Origin: the human T2T-CHM13v2.0 reference genome, Homo sapiens
DNA: 64,000 bases
Assembly: GCF_009914755.1 (NCBI RefSeq)
Contig: NC_060938.1
Strand: one strand, 5' to 3'
Below, one piece after another: positions 13,385 through 26,713 of the stretch. Made by a program: the position numbers and the translations under genes. The notes below the pieces were generated by a model. It was not told where the DNA came from. It ran no database searches and saw nothing but the letters and a program-made list of their open reading frames with translations. The stretch's first letter is position 1. Each line of letters begins with the position of its first letter.

Positions 13385-15915
13385 GCTGAACAATGATAAA
13401 AGGGTCAATCCATAAGGAAGATATAACAATTATAAACAAATATGCAAGTAACAGGAACTGAAAATGCATGAAGGAGAAACAGACAGAATGGAAGGGAGAA
13501 ATAGACAATTCAACTATAATGGATTATATACCATTATCACCATTATATACCAGTTATCCTAGGAATGCAAGGTTGGATTAACATCCAAAAATCAATCAAC
13601 CACATGACCACCTCAGCAGATGCATTAAAAAGCATTTGACAACATCCAAAGCCTTTTCATGACAAAAAATCATTCAGCAAACTATTAACAGGAATAGAAG
13701 AGAACTTCCACAACCTGATGATGAAAGGCATGTACTAAAAGCCCAGAGCTAATATTTACCTGGGAAAGACAATACTTTCCCCCTAAGATCAGGAAAAAGA
13801 CAAGATGTCTGCTCTCACCACTTGTATTCAACCTGAAGGTTATAGCCAGGGAAGTTAGGTAAGAAAAATGAAATATTAGGTTGGTGCAAAAGTAATTGTG
13901 GTTTTTGCCATTACTTTTTATTGGCAAAAACCGCAATTATAGCCAAATAAAAGGCATCTAGTTCAGAAAGAAGAAAAGTAAAACTATTTTTATTTGCAGA
14001 TGACATATTGTATTTGAATAAGAAATCTGCTTAAAAAGAACTAATTAACAAGTTCAGTAAGTTTGCAGGCTAAAAAATAATATTAAAAACAGTTGTATTT
14101 CTATACACTAACAATGAAGAATCCAAAATGAAATTAAGAAAAGAATTCCATTTATGATAGCAGCACAATGAATAAAACACTTAGGAACAAATTTCACAAA
14201 AAAAAGTATAAAACTTGTACTCTGAAAACTACAAAAAAATGTTGAATGCAATGAATGAACGCCTAAACAAATGGAAAGACAGCTTGTGTTCACTGACTGG
14301 AAGATTTAATATCATTAAGATGGCAATATTCTATAAATTGAACTACAGATTTAATGAAATCCCTATCAAATTCCCAGCTGGCTTTCTTGCAAAAGTTGAC
14401 AAGCTGATTCTAAAATCCACATGGAAATGTAAGAGGCCCAGAAACAATCTTGAAAAAGAATAACAAAACTGGAAGGCTCACACTTCACAATTTCAAGGCT
14501 TACTATTACAATGCTATTGTAAACAAGACAGTGTGAAACTGACAGAAGGATAAACCCATATCCTGGAATGGAATTGAGAATCCAGAAATAAACCCTCATA
14601 TTTATAATCAATTGATTTTCAGTGAGTGTCCCGAGATAATTCAATGGGGGAAAGAATAATCTTTTCAACAAATGGTACGGTGACGATTAGATATCTACGT
14701 GCAAAAGAATAAAATTAGACTCCTACCGCACACTGTCTATAAAAATCAACTCAAAATAGACCTAAATAAAAGAGCCAAAAGAAACAAACTCTTACAAGAA
14801 AACACACATGTGAATCTTTGAGAACTTAGGATAAGCCTGTTTAGGTAGGCCAATAAAAGCACAAGCAATAAAACAAACAAAAAAGATAAATTGGACTTCA
14901 TAGAAATAAAAAACTTGGGGACATCAAAGATTTTATCAAGAAAGTGAGAAGGCAACCTACAATATGACAGAAAATATTTGCAATCTTGATATATGACAGG
15001 AACTTGTATCCAGAGTATATAAAGAACTCCTACAAGTCAACAATAAAATGACAAATAACCCAATTTAGAAATAGGGAAAATACTTATATAGACATTTCTC
15101 CAAAGGAGACATATTAAATAGAAATGGCCAACAAGCACATAAAAGACATTCAACATCATTATTATTAGGGAAATGCAAGTCAAAACCACAATAAGATACC
15201 ACTTCATGCCTGTCAGGGTGACTAATACTAAAAACAAAACAAAGCAATAGCCATAAGAGGTATTGGCGAGGGTGTGAAGAAACTGGAATCCTTATACATT
15301 GCTAGTGGAAATGTAAAATGGTGCAGCTGCCTTGGAAAATGATTTGGCAGTTCCTCAAAATGGTCAACCAAGTGATACCATATGACCCAGCAATTTCACT
15401 CCTAGGTATATACTCAAAAGAAATGAAAACAAATGTCCTCACAAAACTCATACACAATGTTCATAGCAGCATTGTTCACAATACCTAAAAAGTGGAAATG
15501 ACTCAAATGTCCATCACCTAATGAATGAGTAAACAAAATGTGTTTTTATCTGAAAAACAGAATATTATTCAGGAATAAAAAGAAAGAAGTACTGATATGA
15601 GCTACAGCATGAATGGACCTCAAAAACATCATGCTGAGAGAAAGAAGTCAGATGCTAAAGACCACATATTGTATGCTTAATTTATATCAAATATCCAGAA
15701 TATACCAATCCATAGAGATAGAGAGTAGTGTTTTCCAGAGACCGGGAGGAGAGGGAAATGCAGAGGAACAGCTAGTGGGTATGGGGTTTCTTTTTAGGTT
15801 AGGAAGTTAGATCGTGGTGAGAGTTGCACAAGTCTGTGAATAGACTAAAAACCACTGAATTGTACACTTTAAAGGATAAATAGTATGGTTTGTGAATAGT
15901 ATCTCTGAGTTGTCA
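13385..15915 (+). mobile_element. Old L1 (L1M) ORF2 fragments and 3' UTR
   Basis: ORF 14215-14463 (NKWKDSLCSLTGRFNIIKMAI...YRFNEIPIK) is L1 ORF2-like; L1 3' motifs continue to about 15.9 kb; many stops and frameshifts. Confidence 0.9.
13876..13939. mobile_element. MADE1 (Hsmar1-derived MITE), right TIR truncated
   Basis: TTAGGTTGGTGCAAAAGTAATTGTGGTTTTTGCCATTACTTTTATTGGCAAAAACCGCAATTA, preceded by TA; palindromic. Confidence 0.9.
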
Positions 15916-16549
15916 TAAAAAAACACATTTGAACAGCTTCTACAATGTTGCTTTATCACTTGCTATCTCTCAGGCCTCATTAGCATCAATATAGTTGTGA
16001 AACGAATTTTTAAAGACATTTAATATAGAACCTCCCATTTAGAGAAATAAAATTTCAACAAAATAATGTTTAATGAATTCTGAACTTGTCATATTAGACA
16101 AAGTAAGTCAAACTATTGAAAGCATGAGGTAGAAAATCAATAAACCTTAGGCATAAAAACATGTTTCATGACGACAAAGCTTAGTTTAAAAATGTTTCAT
16201 AAATTAAAAACATGGAAAACTGAAAGCTTATCAACCCTTTTACTTATTTTATTAACCTCAGATGTTATGAAAAGAACTAAAGCAGTTTATTTGATTTGGC
16301 TGAACACATATGAATTACTTAAAAATGAAGCATAGCCATCCAAATAGCATGCTTTAAATGCCTGTCCAGTGATTTACAGCTAATTGCCAAATATTATTCC
16401 GTTGCTAAATCTTTACATTTGCTTTACTAAGGTTTGCTAAATTAGTTAAAATAAACTCAAGCATAGCATATTTCCAGAATATTTTTGATAAAAGATGTCA
16501 CAAACATACATTTCCTACATATTTTAAAAATATTTAATAGGAAACTATC

Positions 16550-17430
16550 TTATGTCATATTTCCCAGGAAAAAGATAGAGAAACAGATTTGTGTATGGGA
16601 AGTTTATTGTGCAATGGTCTCAAGATAAAAACTGTGAGACGTTAAGGAACCAGGGTTGAGCAAAAAGAGTCGAATTGTGATGTAATTGCAAAAAAACATC
16701 TCAGCTAATCCCACTGGAGCTTGGAAGCTACGCTGGCCTTTCTGAGTTGTTCCAAATTAAGGCAAGGGGGCCTGATTTGTATATCACCACACTGACCAGT
16801 CATTGGATGTGGGCTGCACCTGGGGAGTGGTCATAATGCTGGGTGAAGAAATTCCTTTCACCTGAGGGCAATTCTTGGTGAGGGATTTGCTCTGAGCCAT
16901 CAACAGGTAATAATTCTGACAGCTGGGGAAATGAATGCCTTGGTCCTGAAGCAGGTATCTGAGCAAGACACCACATTATCCATTCAGTGCACCCTTTGAA
17001 CTGCTCAGATCCATTTGCTTTGTATAAAACAGTCACACCACCTGCTTCCTTTTGGTTGGTCTCTTTTCCAGTGAAATTTACAAAAGGAAAGTTGGTGGAA
17101 TGAAGTATAATCCCCACTGCTGCACCTGATTGCAGAGTTGCAACTAATATTCAATTTTTGAATTCTCATTACTTTTGGCTGGTACCTCCACTAGACCGGG
17201 TGGCTTGCCCATAGGGGTGACCCAGGCCCTCATTACTGTGCCATCGAAGCCCTGCTCACTATGCCCTCCTTAGGGCCAATGATCTGCACTGTTCCTTCAC
17301 TGTCAACTTTAGACAGGCGAACACTAAGAGATGCCCCAGTATATCACATGGAGCAAACCTATTCTCTCCTTCCCCATTGTGGAACAGCAGTCCTGCCTCC
17401 CACAGAACCTGGGGTTGTTTGAAATGCAGT
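16550..17430 (-). mobile_element. Old ERVL LTR (LTR16-like) with adjoining internal sequence
   Basis: GAGTTGTTCCAAATTAAGGCAAGGGGG...GACCAGTCATTGGATGTGGGCTGC resembles the LTR16 family; subfamily uncertain. Confidence 0.5.
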
Positions 17431-18729
17431 CCCAAAGCATAGCTAGGTTCTCACATCTGTGGAAGCCAGCACTTAACAGTCCACACTTCAACCTCTTGCT
17501 CTGTGTCTCACAGCACGACTATTGATGTTTCAATGTGCACTAAATAAACTGACATTTCTTTCCAACTGTATCCTCTACATCTTTTCCACATCATGTCAAC
17601 AACCAGAATACCAATACAATATTTTAGAAAGGTTGAGAAGTTCTCCAAAAGCAGAGAATATGTTCAGGAGGAATGTCCTCTCCCCTTTTTGCATGTGAGC
17701 TATACTATTTGAGGACAAAATTAGTGAAAGGAGTAGCTTAACTTTTAATGGATCAGGAGGGGAACTTCATTCCATGCTAATGACATACCACTTTCCCCAT
17801 AATTAGGGAGGATGTTTATTCAGCCAGGATGCTGAAAAATACATTTTAAGATATAGAAGCAGCATCTGTGTTCATACCATATTGGTTGTTGAATATTTTG
17901 ACTATTATACCTGCAGTTTGATAAATTGAAGGTAAGTTGTAAGTACATAAAGTTGATTAGCCTTTTCGGCACCAAAGGCAAAAAAAAAAAGAAAAAAATC
18001 TGGAAACTACTTAGAAATTATTTGACAGCATTGACCTCAAGTTCACCTCTGTTATGGACTTAAGCGCTTTGATACACAAGAGTATTTTATTTGTTTTAGA
18101 AGAGGCTGTCAGGTTATCCATTTCATGTTAAATCCAATATTCTTTGTTTAATTTCTGATTATTTTTGTTTGCATTTATCCCAAATATTGATTTAGAATAA
18201 AATCCACTCTTGACCCTGACTTTTCTCCACTACCTATTTTTCAGGAAAATTTTTGCAAATAGGCTGATTGAGTAGACTATATAGAAATGAACAAACATCT
18301 TTTTATCAGCTCTTTAAAAAATGTGTAGACACGCAGTAATACAAAAACATTGCTCCAATTAAGAAAGCAAAAGTACAAATATGCTTACATTGAAAAACAT
18401 TTTTTGAGACAATGGTATATTTTAATAGTCTAGAGTGGCTCATTTATATTACTTGGGTTTATGAGTAGAATGAGAGGCATTGTTATGGAGGATGAGAGGA
18501 ATAATGTAAAAATAAAGTGAACTAAGAGTGTATTTGCAACCTAATTTACTTTATTTAAAAAATTTTGTGACTCGCCCAATCTATGTGCTTCATAAGACAA
18601 CTATCTGTTTCACTGCTTTCAACCGGGGTCTAAGAGCCTGGCACATAATAGATGCTCGATAACTGTGTGTCAAACGAATAAATGCACAAAGTGTTCATTG
18701 CTCACCTAATATGCCACAATAGCAAACAA

Positions 18730-18868
18730 CTTCTCTCTCTCCTTCTTCCTTTCTTTTGTAAATTTTCTTTATCTTCTTCTCTCCCTCCTTAGCCCCCTCT
18801 TCTTCCTTCCCTCTCCTTATCTCTCTTTAGTCTCCTCTCTGTTCTTCCCTCCCTTCTGTTCTCCTTTC
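18730..18868. repeat. CT-rich low-complexity polypyrimidine tract
   Basis: About 140 nt that are nearly all C or T on the plus strand. Confidence 0.7.
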
Positions 18869-19109
18869 AAAGTAGATCACAGAAAGATGTTTAGGAGACA
18901 TTCATTAGAGAATGTTCAGTAGCACAAAGACAGCAGAAAATGTATACAGTATCACATTTTCCATCCTTTCTTTTCTTTTTTAACTAAATCTTGAAATTCT
19001 GAAGTTATGTGACTTTCTATGTTTTAAAGGAGTGTTGTCGTGTTGCATGGGTGTCTTGTGTAACTAAAACAAACTCTCCACCCTGCCCTTGTCTTATTGT
19101 GCAGTTTCT

Positions 19110-19447
19110 TTCTTTTCATTTTTATTTTATTTATTTACTTATTTTTTTGAGGCAGGGTCTCATCTCACTCTATTGCCCAGGCTGGAGTACAGTGGCATGA
19201 TCTCGGCTCACTGCAGTCTCACCCTCCCTGGGCTCAAGCAATCCTCCCATCTCAGCCTCCTGAGTAGCTGGGACTACAGGCACACAACACCACACCCAAC
19301 TTTTTTTTTTTTTTTTTTTTTCCATAGAGATGGGGTTTCACCATGTTGCCCAGGCTGGTCTTGAACTCCTGGACTCAAGCCATCTATCTACTCACCTTGG
19401 CCTCCCGAAGTGCTGGGATTATGAGCATGTACCACCACACCCATCCC
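19110..19447 (-). mobile_element. AluJ, antisense
   Basis: GAGGCAGGGTCTC...GGGCTCAAGCAATCCTCCC (J-type), long internal T run. Confidence 0.9.
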
Positions 19448-21449
19448 ACAGTTTCTAAGAGAATCTGACCTTTTTCAGTTTCCAGAGACAGTCTTTGTGA
19501 TTAATGATCTATCTGTGTTAGTCTAAGACTCCAAGACCAATCTCCCATTTCCAAAGACAGAACTGGGAGAAACTTCCCTTTCCTCTAAAGAGGTGATTCT
19601 GTATGTAAGCTAAGAGTAATCAAAGCAAGTTAGAATGCAATCTCCTTATATCCTTGTGAGAAGGATGGGAGAGGCTCCCCACACATGAAGGTAAACAAGA
19701 GGTTGCAGATTTTCACCATCGTTGACAGGGTGGGTGGTGTGCTGGCAGAGGGGAAGCAGTAGAGTTATTCAGGCTGAATGGACATCACTAAGGGAACCAG
19801 GTTCTTTCAGGTGCACAGGGGAAATCAGCAAGTTTCAGTGAATTCATGACAACTTGCCTCAGGCTGCTATGAAAGATGGCCACAAGGTCTCCTCTATTAG
19901 TGAGGCTAGCTAGGTGCAATCCTGACCTTTATTAAGAGTAACCAGACATTCGGGGGCTGGTTGCCTAAGCGCCCAGTAATCAGTTAAAAAGATGTCACAG
20001 AAAGGCAATTTCACTCTTACATTTCAAATATAATATTGATGCTAAGATTCAAACTGACTGGAAAAACAGAGATTCATCCAGCCGCAGAGGGCCTGATAGG
20101 GATAAAGGAGGCATGCTAAGGGATATAAATTACTACTTCTGTGAACTCCCAGAAAAGATTCTACCCTTGTTAATTTCATCCTGCCTCCTCCTCACTCTCA
20201 GATCCCCAAACCTCCACCCTTGTCTGCCTCTCTTCCCATCCATCCCTGCTGTGGGTTCTAATCCCAATCCTGCTGTTGTTTAGCTGGCTATATTATCTTG
20301 AACAAGTTATTTTTTTTTGAGTCTCAGCTTCTTCATCTATGCAATGGGGAATAGTAATATCCGGCCCATTGATATGAAATAATATGAGCAAAGGACTTCA
20401 TGGAGGCAATCAATAAATGCTAGATACATCCCAAATCCCACTCTCTAAAGAATAGTCTTAGAAAACTGAAAGTTTCAAATCACAAGCCTAACTCTATTTT
20501 CCAAATGTAAGAAATTTGCCTTATTTCTCAGTTGCCCTGATGCATTCCATCCATCATATAAAATAAATAATTTAAATGAAAAGTTAATTGAACGCTTAGA
20601 GCACTAAAAGTCATTCTAAGTTCTTCTTTCAGAGAATTAAAGATGCAAAAGGAAAAACTAATTTCAACATTATGCATTCAAAGAAATCTAAATTGTAACA
20701 AATTATTTATGTATATATTTAGTCTCTATTTCCTGTTCAAATACTTCAAATACATTTATAACCATTTGGAACTGTTATTACCAATATTTTAAGATGTTAC
20801 ACGATCCAATAGGAAATATTAACTGTTTTATTGTTAAAGAGTCATATTAAAATAATGCCATGACATATGTGTTATCAATTAGGCAATGAGCTACCAGTCA
20901 ATATGTTTTGCCTTATAAAGAATTTTAGCCAAGATAAAGCTTGTTTGTTTGTTTGACTTAGAAAGCCAAAGTTGAACCTGTGTGATAACTCTTTGATCAC
21001 ATGTAATAACTGAAGCATAAGAAAATTGGTTTTTAGTATAATCACCAATCGTCCTCCCTTCCTCCCACTGAGAAAAAAATTCGGCCTTGTTTAAATACTC
21101 AGCTTAATTAAATTATGTATTTAATATATGATACATTTGTCTTGGCTTTGCATAGCACAAAAATGATAGATTAAATTTTTATGTGATAATTAAAGCCAAA
21201 CTGTTATCAATAAGAATGTTAAAGCATTTAAAGATTATGAAAGTTTAATGTGTTCTGATGTGTTGCTTTTCAAAATCGTTGGGGCATTCCCGCTTTGAAA
21301 ATTGTTGTACTTGATAATGGAGCCTCCTTGTGGGGAATCAGCAGTATTTCAGGCTTTCAAATTGCAGGTGAACTGCTGTTTGAATTTTCCCCCTTCACAA
21401 CGGGAATAGATGTACTGTAGCAGTGCTATCAAGAAAATATGTACTTGTC

Positions 21450-21770
<321 letters not shown>

Positions 21771-21993
21771 AAGAAAATATGTACTTGTCTCTGGACCCCT
21801 GACATCCAGAAACCAGCAGGAACTTAATGACTGCCAGAAAGTAAGGAAATATGTGCTGCCTTTCCTTTGGTTTGTCTGTAGTCCTGGTAGCTAAAGATAA
21901 ACCAGTATTAATTTTTTTCAGTCAAATCGATTGTGTTCTCTGGAGAGTAAACAAGTAGATTGACAAATTTTTTTACTTTTAAACTGCCCAATG

Positions 21994-22155
21994 TAGCTGG
22001 GCATGATGGTGCATGTCTGTAGTCCTAGCTACTTGGGAGGCCGAGGTGGGAAGATTGCTTGAGCCTAGGAGTTGGAGGTTACAGTGACCTATGATCCTGC
22101 ACCTCACTCCAGTTTGGGTGAGAGCAAGACCCTGTCTCAAAAAACAAACCAACAA
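21994..22155 (+). mobile_element. Alu monomer (FRAM-like)
   Basis: Single right-arm-like monomer; TSD TAAACTGCCC(A/C)ATGTAG. Confidence 0.8.
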
Positions 22156-23128
22156 TTAAACTGCCCCATGTAGTGGGACCCTTGAACATATTGAATCAGG
22201 TAGATGCATGTTTTGCTTTAATCTCATGGAGTTATTCTCTACTTTTGACCAGAGAGCACATTCCTCTAAGAAAGATGTCAGGCCTCTGCTACGACCTCAG
22301 GTCCTCAGACCGACCAGCCCAAAAAACATCTCACCAATTTCAAATCCAGTAAGCGGCCTCTTTTTACTGTCTTCTCCAACCTCCCTCGCTATCCCTCAAC
22401 CTCTTTCTTTCAATCTTGGCGCCACACTTCAATTTCTCCCTTCTCTTAATTTCAATTCCTTTCATTTTCTGGTAGAGACAAAGGAGACACGTTTTATCCG
22501 TGGACCCAAAACTCTGGCGCCAGTCACGGACTAAGGAAGGCAGCCTTCCCTTCGTGTTTAATCATTGCAGGGACACACCTCTCTGATTATTCACCCAGGT
22601 TTCAGAGGTGTCAGACCACGCAGGGACGACACCTCCCCTCCTCGCCAGGCCAAGCTAGATCCCAATTCTTCCTCAGCCTCTGCTCCTCCACCCTATAATC
22701 CTTTTATCATCTCCCCTCCTCACACCCGGTCCGGCTTACAGTTTCGTTCCGTAACTAGCCCTCCCCCTCCTGACCAGCAATTTACTCTTAAAAAGTCAGC
22801 TGGAGCCAAAGGCATAGTCAAGGTTAATGCTCCTTTTTCTTTATCCCAAATCAGATAGCGTTTAGGCTCTTTTTCATCAAATATAAAAATCCAGCCCAGT
22901 TCATGGCTCGTTTGGCATCAACCCTAAGACACTTTACAGCCCTAGACTCTAAAAGGTCAAAAGGCCGTCTTATTCTCAGTATACATTTTATTACCCAAAT
23001 CTGCTCCCGACATTAAATAAAACTCCAAAAATTAAATTCTGGCCCTCAAACCCCACAACAGGACTTAATTAACCTTGCCTTCAAGGTGTACAATAATAGA
23101 GGCGGCTAAGTAGCAACATATTTCGGAG

Positions 23129-23470
23129 TTGCAATTCCTTGCCTCCACTGTGAGACAAACCCCAGCCACATCTCCAGCTCACAAGAACTTCCAAACGCCT
23201 AAACCACAGTGGCCAGGTGTTCCTCCAGAACCACCTCCCCCAGGAGCTTGCTACAAGTGCCAGAAATCTGGCCACCAGGCCAAGGAATGCCTGCAGTCCA
23301 GGATTCCTCCTAAGCCACGTCCCATCTGTGCAGGACCCCAATGGAAATCAGACTGTTCAACTCACCTGGCAGCCACTCCCAGAGCCCCTGGAACTCTGGC
23401 CCAAGGCTCTCTGACTCCTTCCCAGATCTTCTTGGCTTCTCTGACTCCTTCCCAGATCTTCTCGGCTTAG
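23129..23470 (+). pseudogene. HERV-H gag nucleocapsid remnant
   Basis: CYKCQKSGHQAKEC is an intact CX2CX4HX4C knuckle (about 23249-23290); the second knuckle RPICAGPQWKSDC is degenerate. Confidence 0.85.
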
Positions 23471-23539
23471 CGGCTGAAGACTGATGCCGCCCGATCGCCT
23501 TGGAAGCCCCGTAGACCATCACAGATGCTAGCTTTAAGT

Positions 23540-25700
23540 AACTCTCACAGTGGAGGGTAAGTCCGTCCCCTTCTTAATCAATATGGAGGCTACCCACTCC
23601 ACATTACCTTCTTCTCAAGGGCCTGTTTCCCTTGCCTCCGTAACTGTTGTAGGTATTGACGGCCAGGCTTCTAAACCTTTAAAACTCCCCAACTCTGGTA
23701 CAATTTAGACAATACTTTTTTAAGCACTCTTTTTAGTTTTCCCCACCTGCCCAGTTCCCTTATTAGGCTGAGACACTTTAACTAAATTATCTGCTTCCCT
23801 GACTATTCCTGGACTACAGCCGCATCTCATTGCCGCCCTTCTTCCCAATCCAAAGCCTCCTTTGCATCCTCCTCTTGTATCCCCCACCTTAACCCCCAAG
23901 TATAGGATACCTCTACTCCCTCCTTGGTGACCGATCATTCCCCTTACCATCTCATTGAAACCTAATCACCCTTACCCTGCTCAACGCCAATATCCCATCC
24001 TGCAGCGTGCTTTAAAAAGATTAAAGCCTGTTATCACTTGCCTGCTACAGCATGGCCTTTTAAAGCCTATAAACTCTCCTTACAAATCCCCCATTTTACC
24101 TGTCCTAGAACCAGACAAGCCTTACAGGTTAGTTCAGTATCTTCGCCTTATCAACCAAATTGTTTTGCCTATCCACCCTGTGGTGCCAAACCCATATACT
24201 CTCCTATCCTCAATACCTCCCTCCACAACCCATTATTCTGTTCTGGATCTCAAACATGCTTTCTTTACTATTCCTTTGCACGCTTAATCCCAGCCTCTCT
24301 TCGCTTTCACTTAGACTAACCCTGACACCCATCAAGCTCAGCAAATTACCTGGGCTGTACTGCCGCAAAGCTTCATAGACAACCCCCCTTACTTCAGTCA
24401 AGCTCAAATTTCTTCCTCATCTGTTACCTCTCTCAGCATAATTCTCATAAAAACACACGTGCTCTCCCTGCTGATCATGTCCGACCAATCTCTCAACCCC
24501 CAGCACCTTCTACAAAACAACAACTCCTTTCCTTCCTAGGCATGGTTACTGCGGTCAGAATTCTTACACAAGAGCCAGGACCACAGCCTGTAGCCTTTCT
24601 ATCCAAACAACTTGACCTTACTGTTTTAGCCTACCCCTCATGTCTGCGTGCAGCAGCTGCCACTGCTTTAATACTTTTAGAGGCCCTAAAAATCACAAAC
24701 TATGCTCAACTCACTCTCTACAGTTCTCATAACTTCCAAAATCTATTTTCTTCCTCATACCTGACGCATATACTTTCTGCTTCCCAGCTCCTTCAGCTGT
24801 ACTCACTCTTTGTTAAGTCCCACAATTACCATTGTTCCTGGCACAGACTTCAATCCAGCCTCCCACATTATTCCAGATACCACACCTGACCCTCATGACT
24901 GCATCTCTCTGATCCACCTGACGTTCACCCCATTTCCCCATATTTCCTTCTTTCCTGTTCCTCACCCTGATCACACTTAGTTTATTGATGGCAGTTCCAC
25001 CAGGTCTAATCGCCACACACCAGCAAAGGCAGGCTATGCTATAGTACAAGCCACTAGCTTGCCTCTTAAAACCTCTCATTTCCTTTCCATCGTGGAAATC
25101 TATCCTCAAAGAAATAACTTCTCAGTGTTCCATCTGCTATTCTACTACTTCTCAAGGATTATTCAGGCCCCCTCCCTTCCCTACACATCAAGCTCGAGGA
25201 TTTGCCCCCACCCAGGACTGGCAAATTAGCTTTATTCAACATGCCCTGAGTCAGATAACTAAAATACCTCTTAGTCTAAGTAGACACTTTCACTGGATAG
25301 GTAGAGGCCTTTCCTACAGGGTCTGAGAAGGCCACCGCAGTCATTTCTTCCCTTCTGTCAGACATAATTCCTCAGTTTAGCCTTCCCACCTCTATACAGT
25401 CTGATAACAGACCAGCCTTTACTAGTCAAATCACCCAAGCAGTTTTTCAGGCTCTTAGTATTCAGTAAAACCTTTATATCCCTTACAGTCCTCAGTCTTC
25501 AAGAAAAGTAGAACGGACTAATAGTCTTTTAAAAACACACCTCACCAAGCTCAGCCACCAACTTAAAAAAGACTGGACAATACTTTTACCTCTTTCTCTT
25601 CTCAGAATTCAGGCCTGTCCTCAGAATGCTACAAGGTACAGCCCACTTGAGCTCCTGTATGGACGCTCCTTTTTATTAGGCCCCAGTCTCATTCCAGACA
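23540..25700 (+). pseudogene. HERV-H pro-pol remnant (PR, RT, RNase H part, IN), disrupted
   Basis: Protease site reads FLINMEAT instead of FLIDTGAT; RT motifs YRLVQYLR, SVLDLKHAFF and VLPQSF, with no YxDD visible; integrase SIQSDNRPAF and QSSRKVERTN; stops and frameshifts throughout. Confidence 0.85.
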
Positions 25701-26304
25701 CCAGACCAACTTGGACTGTGCCCCCAAAAAAACTTGTCATCCCTACTATCTTCTGTCTAGTCATACTCCTATTCACTGTTCTCAACTACTCATACATGCC
25801 CTGCTCTTGTTTACACTGCCGGTTTACAGTGTTTCTCCAAGTCATCACAGCTGATATCTCCTGGTGCTATCCCCAAACTGCCACTCTTAACTCTTAAAGT
25901 AAATAAATAATCTTTGCTGGCAAGGCTATGCTGAACCTCCTTAGGCACTCTCTAATTAGATGTCCTAGGTCCTCCCCAATTCTTAGACCTTTAATACTTG
26001 TTTTTCTCCTTCTCTTATTCCGTTTAGTTTTTCGATTCATACAAAACCATATCCAGGCCATCACCAATAATTCTAAATGACAAATGTTTCTTCTAACAAC
26101 CCCACAATATCACCCTTTACCACAAAATCTTCCTTCAGCTTAATCTCTCCCACTCTACGTTCCCCCGCCGCCCCTAATCCCGCTTGAAGCAGCCCTGAGA
26201 AACATCGCCCATTATCTCTCCATACCATCCCCCAAAATTTTCACCGTCCCAACACTTTACCACTATTTCGTTTTATTTTTCTTATTAATATAAGAAGACA
26301 GGAA

Positions 26305-26713
26305 TGTCAGGCCTCTGAGCCCAAGCTAAGCCATCATATACCATGTGACCTGCACGTACACATCCAGATGGCTGGTTCCTGCCTTAACTGATGACATTCC
26401 ACCACAAAAGAAGTGAAAACGGCCTGTTCCTGCCTTAACTGATGACATTGTCTTGTGAAATTCCTTCTCCTGGCTCATCCTGGCCCAAAAGCTCCCCTAC
26501 TAAGCACCTTGTGACCCCCACTCCTGCCCACCAGAGAACCCCCCTTTGACTGTAATTTTCCTTTACCTACTCAAATCTTATAAAACGGCCCCAACCCTAT
26601 CTCCCTTTGCTGACTCTCTTTTTGGACTCAGCCCGCCTGCACCCAGGTGATTAAAAGCTTTATTGCTCACACAAAGCCTGTTTGGTGGTCTCTTCACACG
26701 GACACTCATGAAA
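26305..26713 (+). mobile_element. 3' LTR7 of HERV-H (409 bp)
   Basis: Begins TGTCAGGCCTCTGAGCCCAAGCTAAGCC; two copies of GTTCCTGCCTTAACTGATGACATT; TATAAAA at 26579; ATTAAA at 26650; ends CATGAAA. Confidence 0.95.

Larger units (their letters stand above)
22276..26713 (+). mobile_element. Defective HERV-H provirus (deleted type) with a 13-bp 5' LTR stub and an intact 3' LTR7
   Basis: HERV-H leader (CTACGACCTCAGGTCCTCAGACCGACCAGCCC), Gag zinc knuckle, and degenerate protease, RT and integrase; polypurine tract AAGAAGACAGGAA at 26292-26304, followed by the LTR. Confidence 0.95.

Noticed and set aside
23955-24889. Functional retroviral reverse transcriptase
   Set aside because: Interrupted by stops and deletions, no YxDD motif visible, and the protease active site is mutated.
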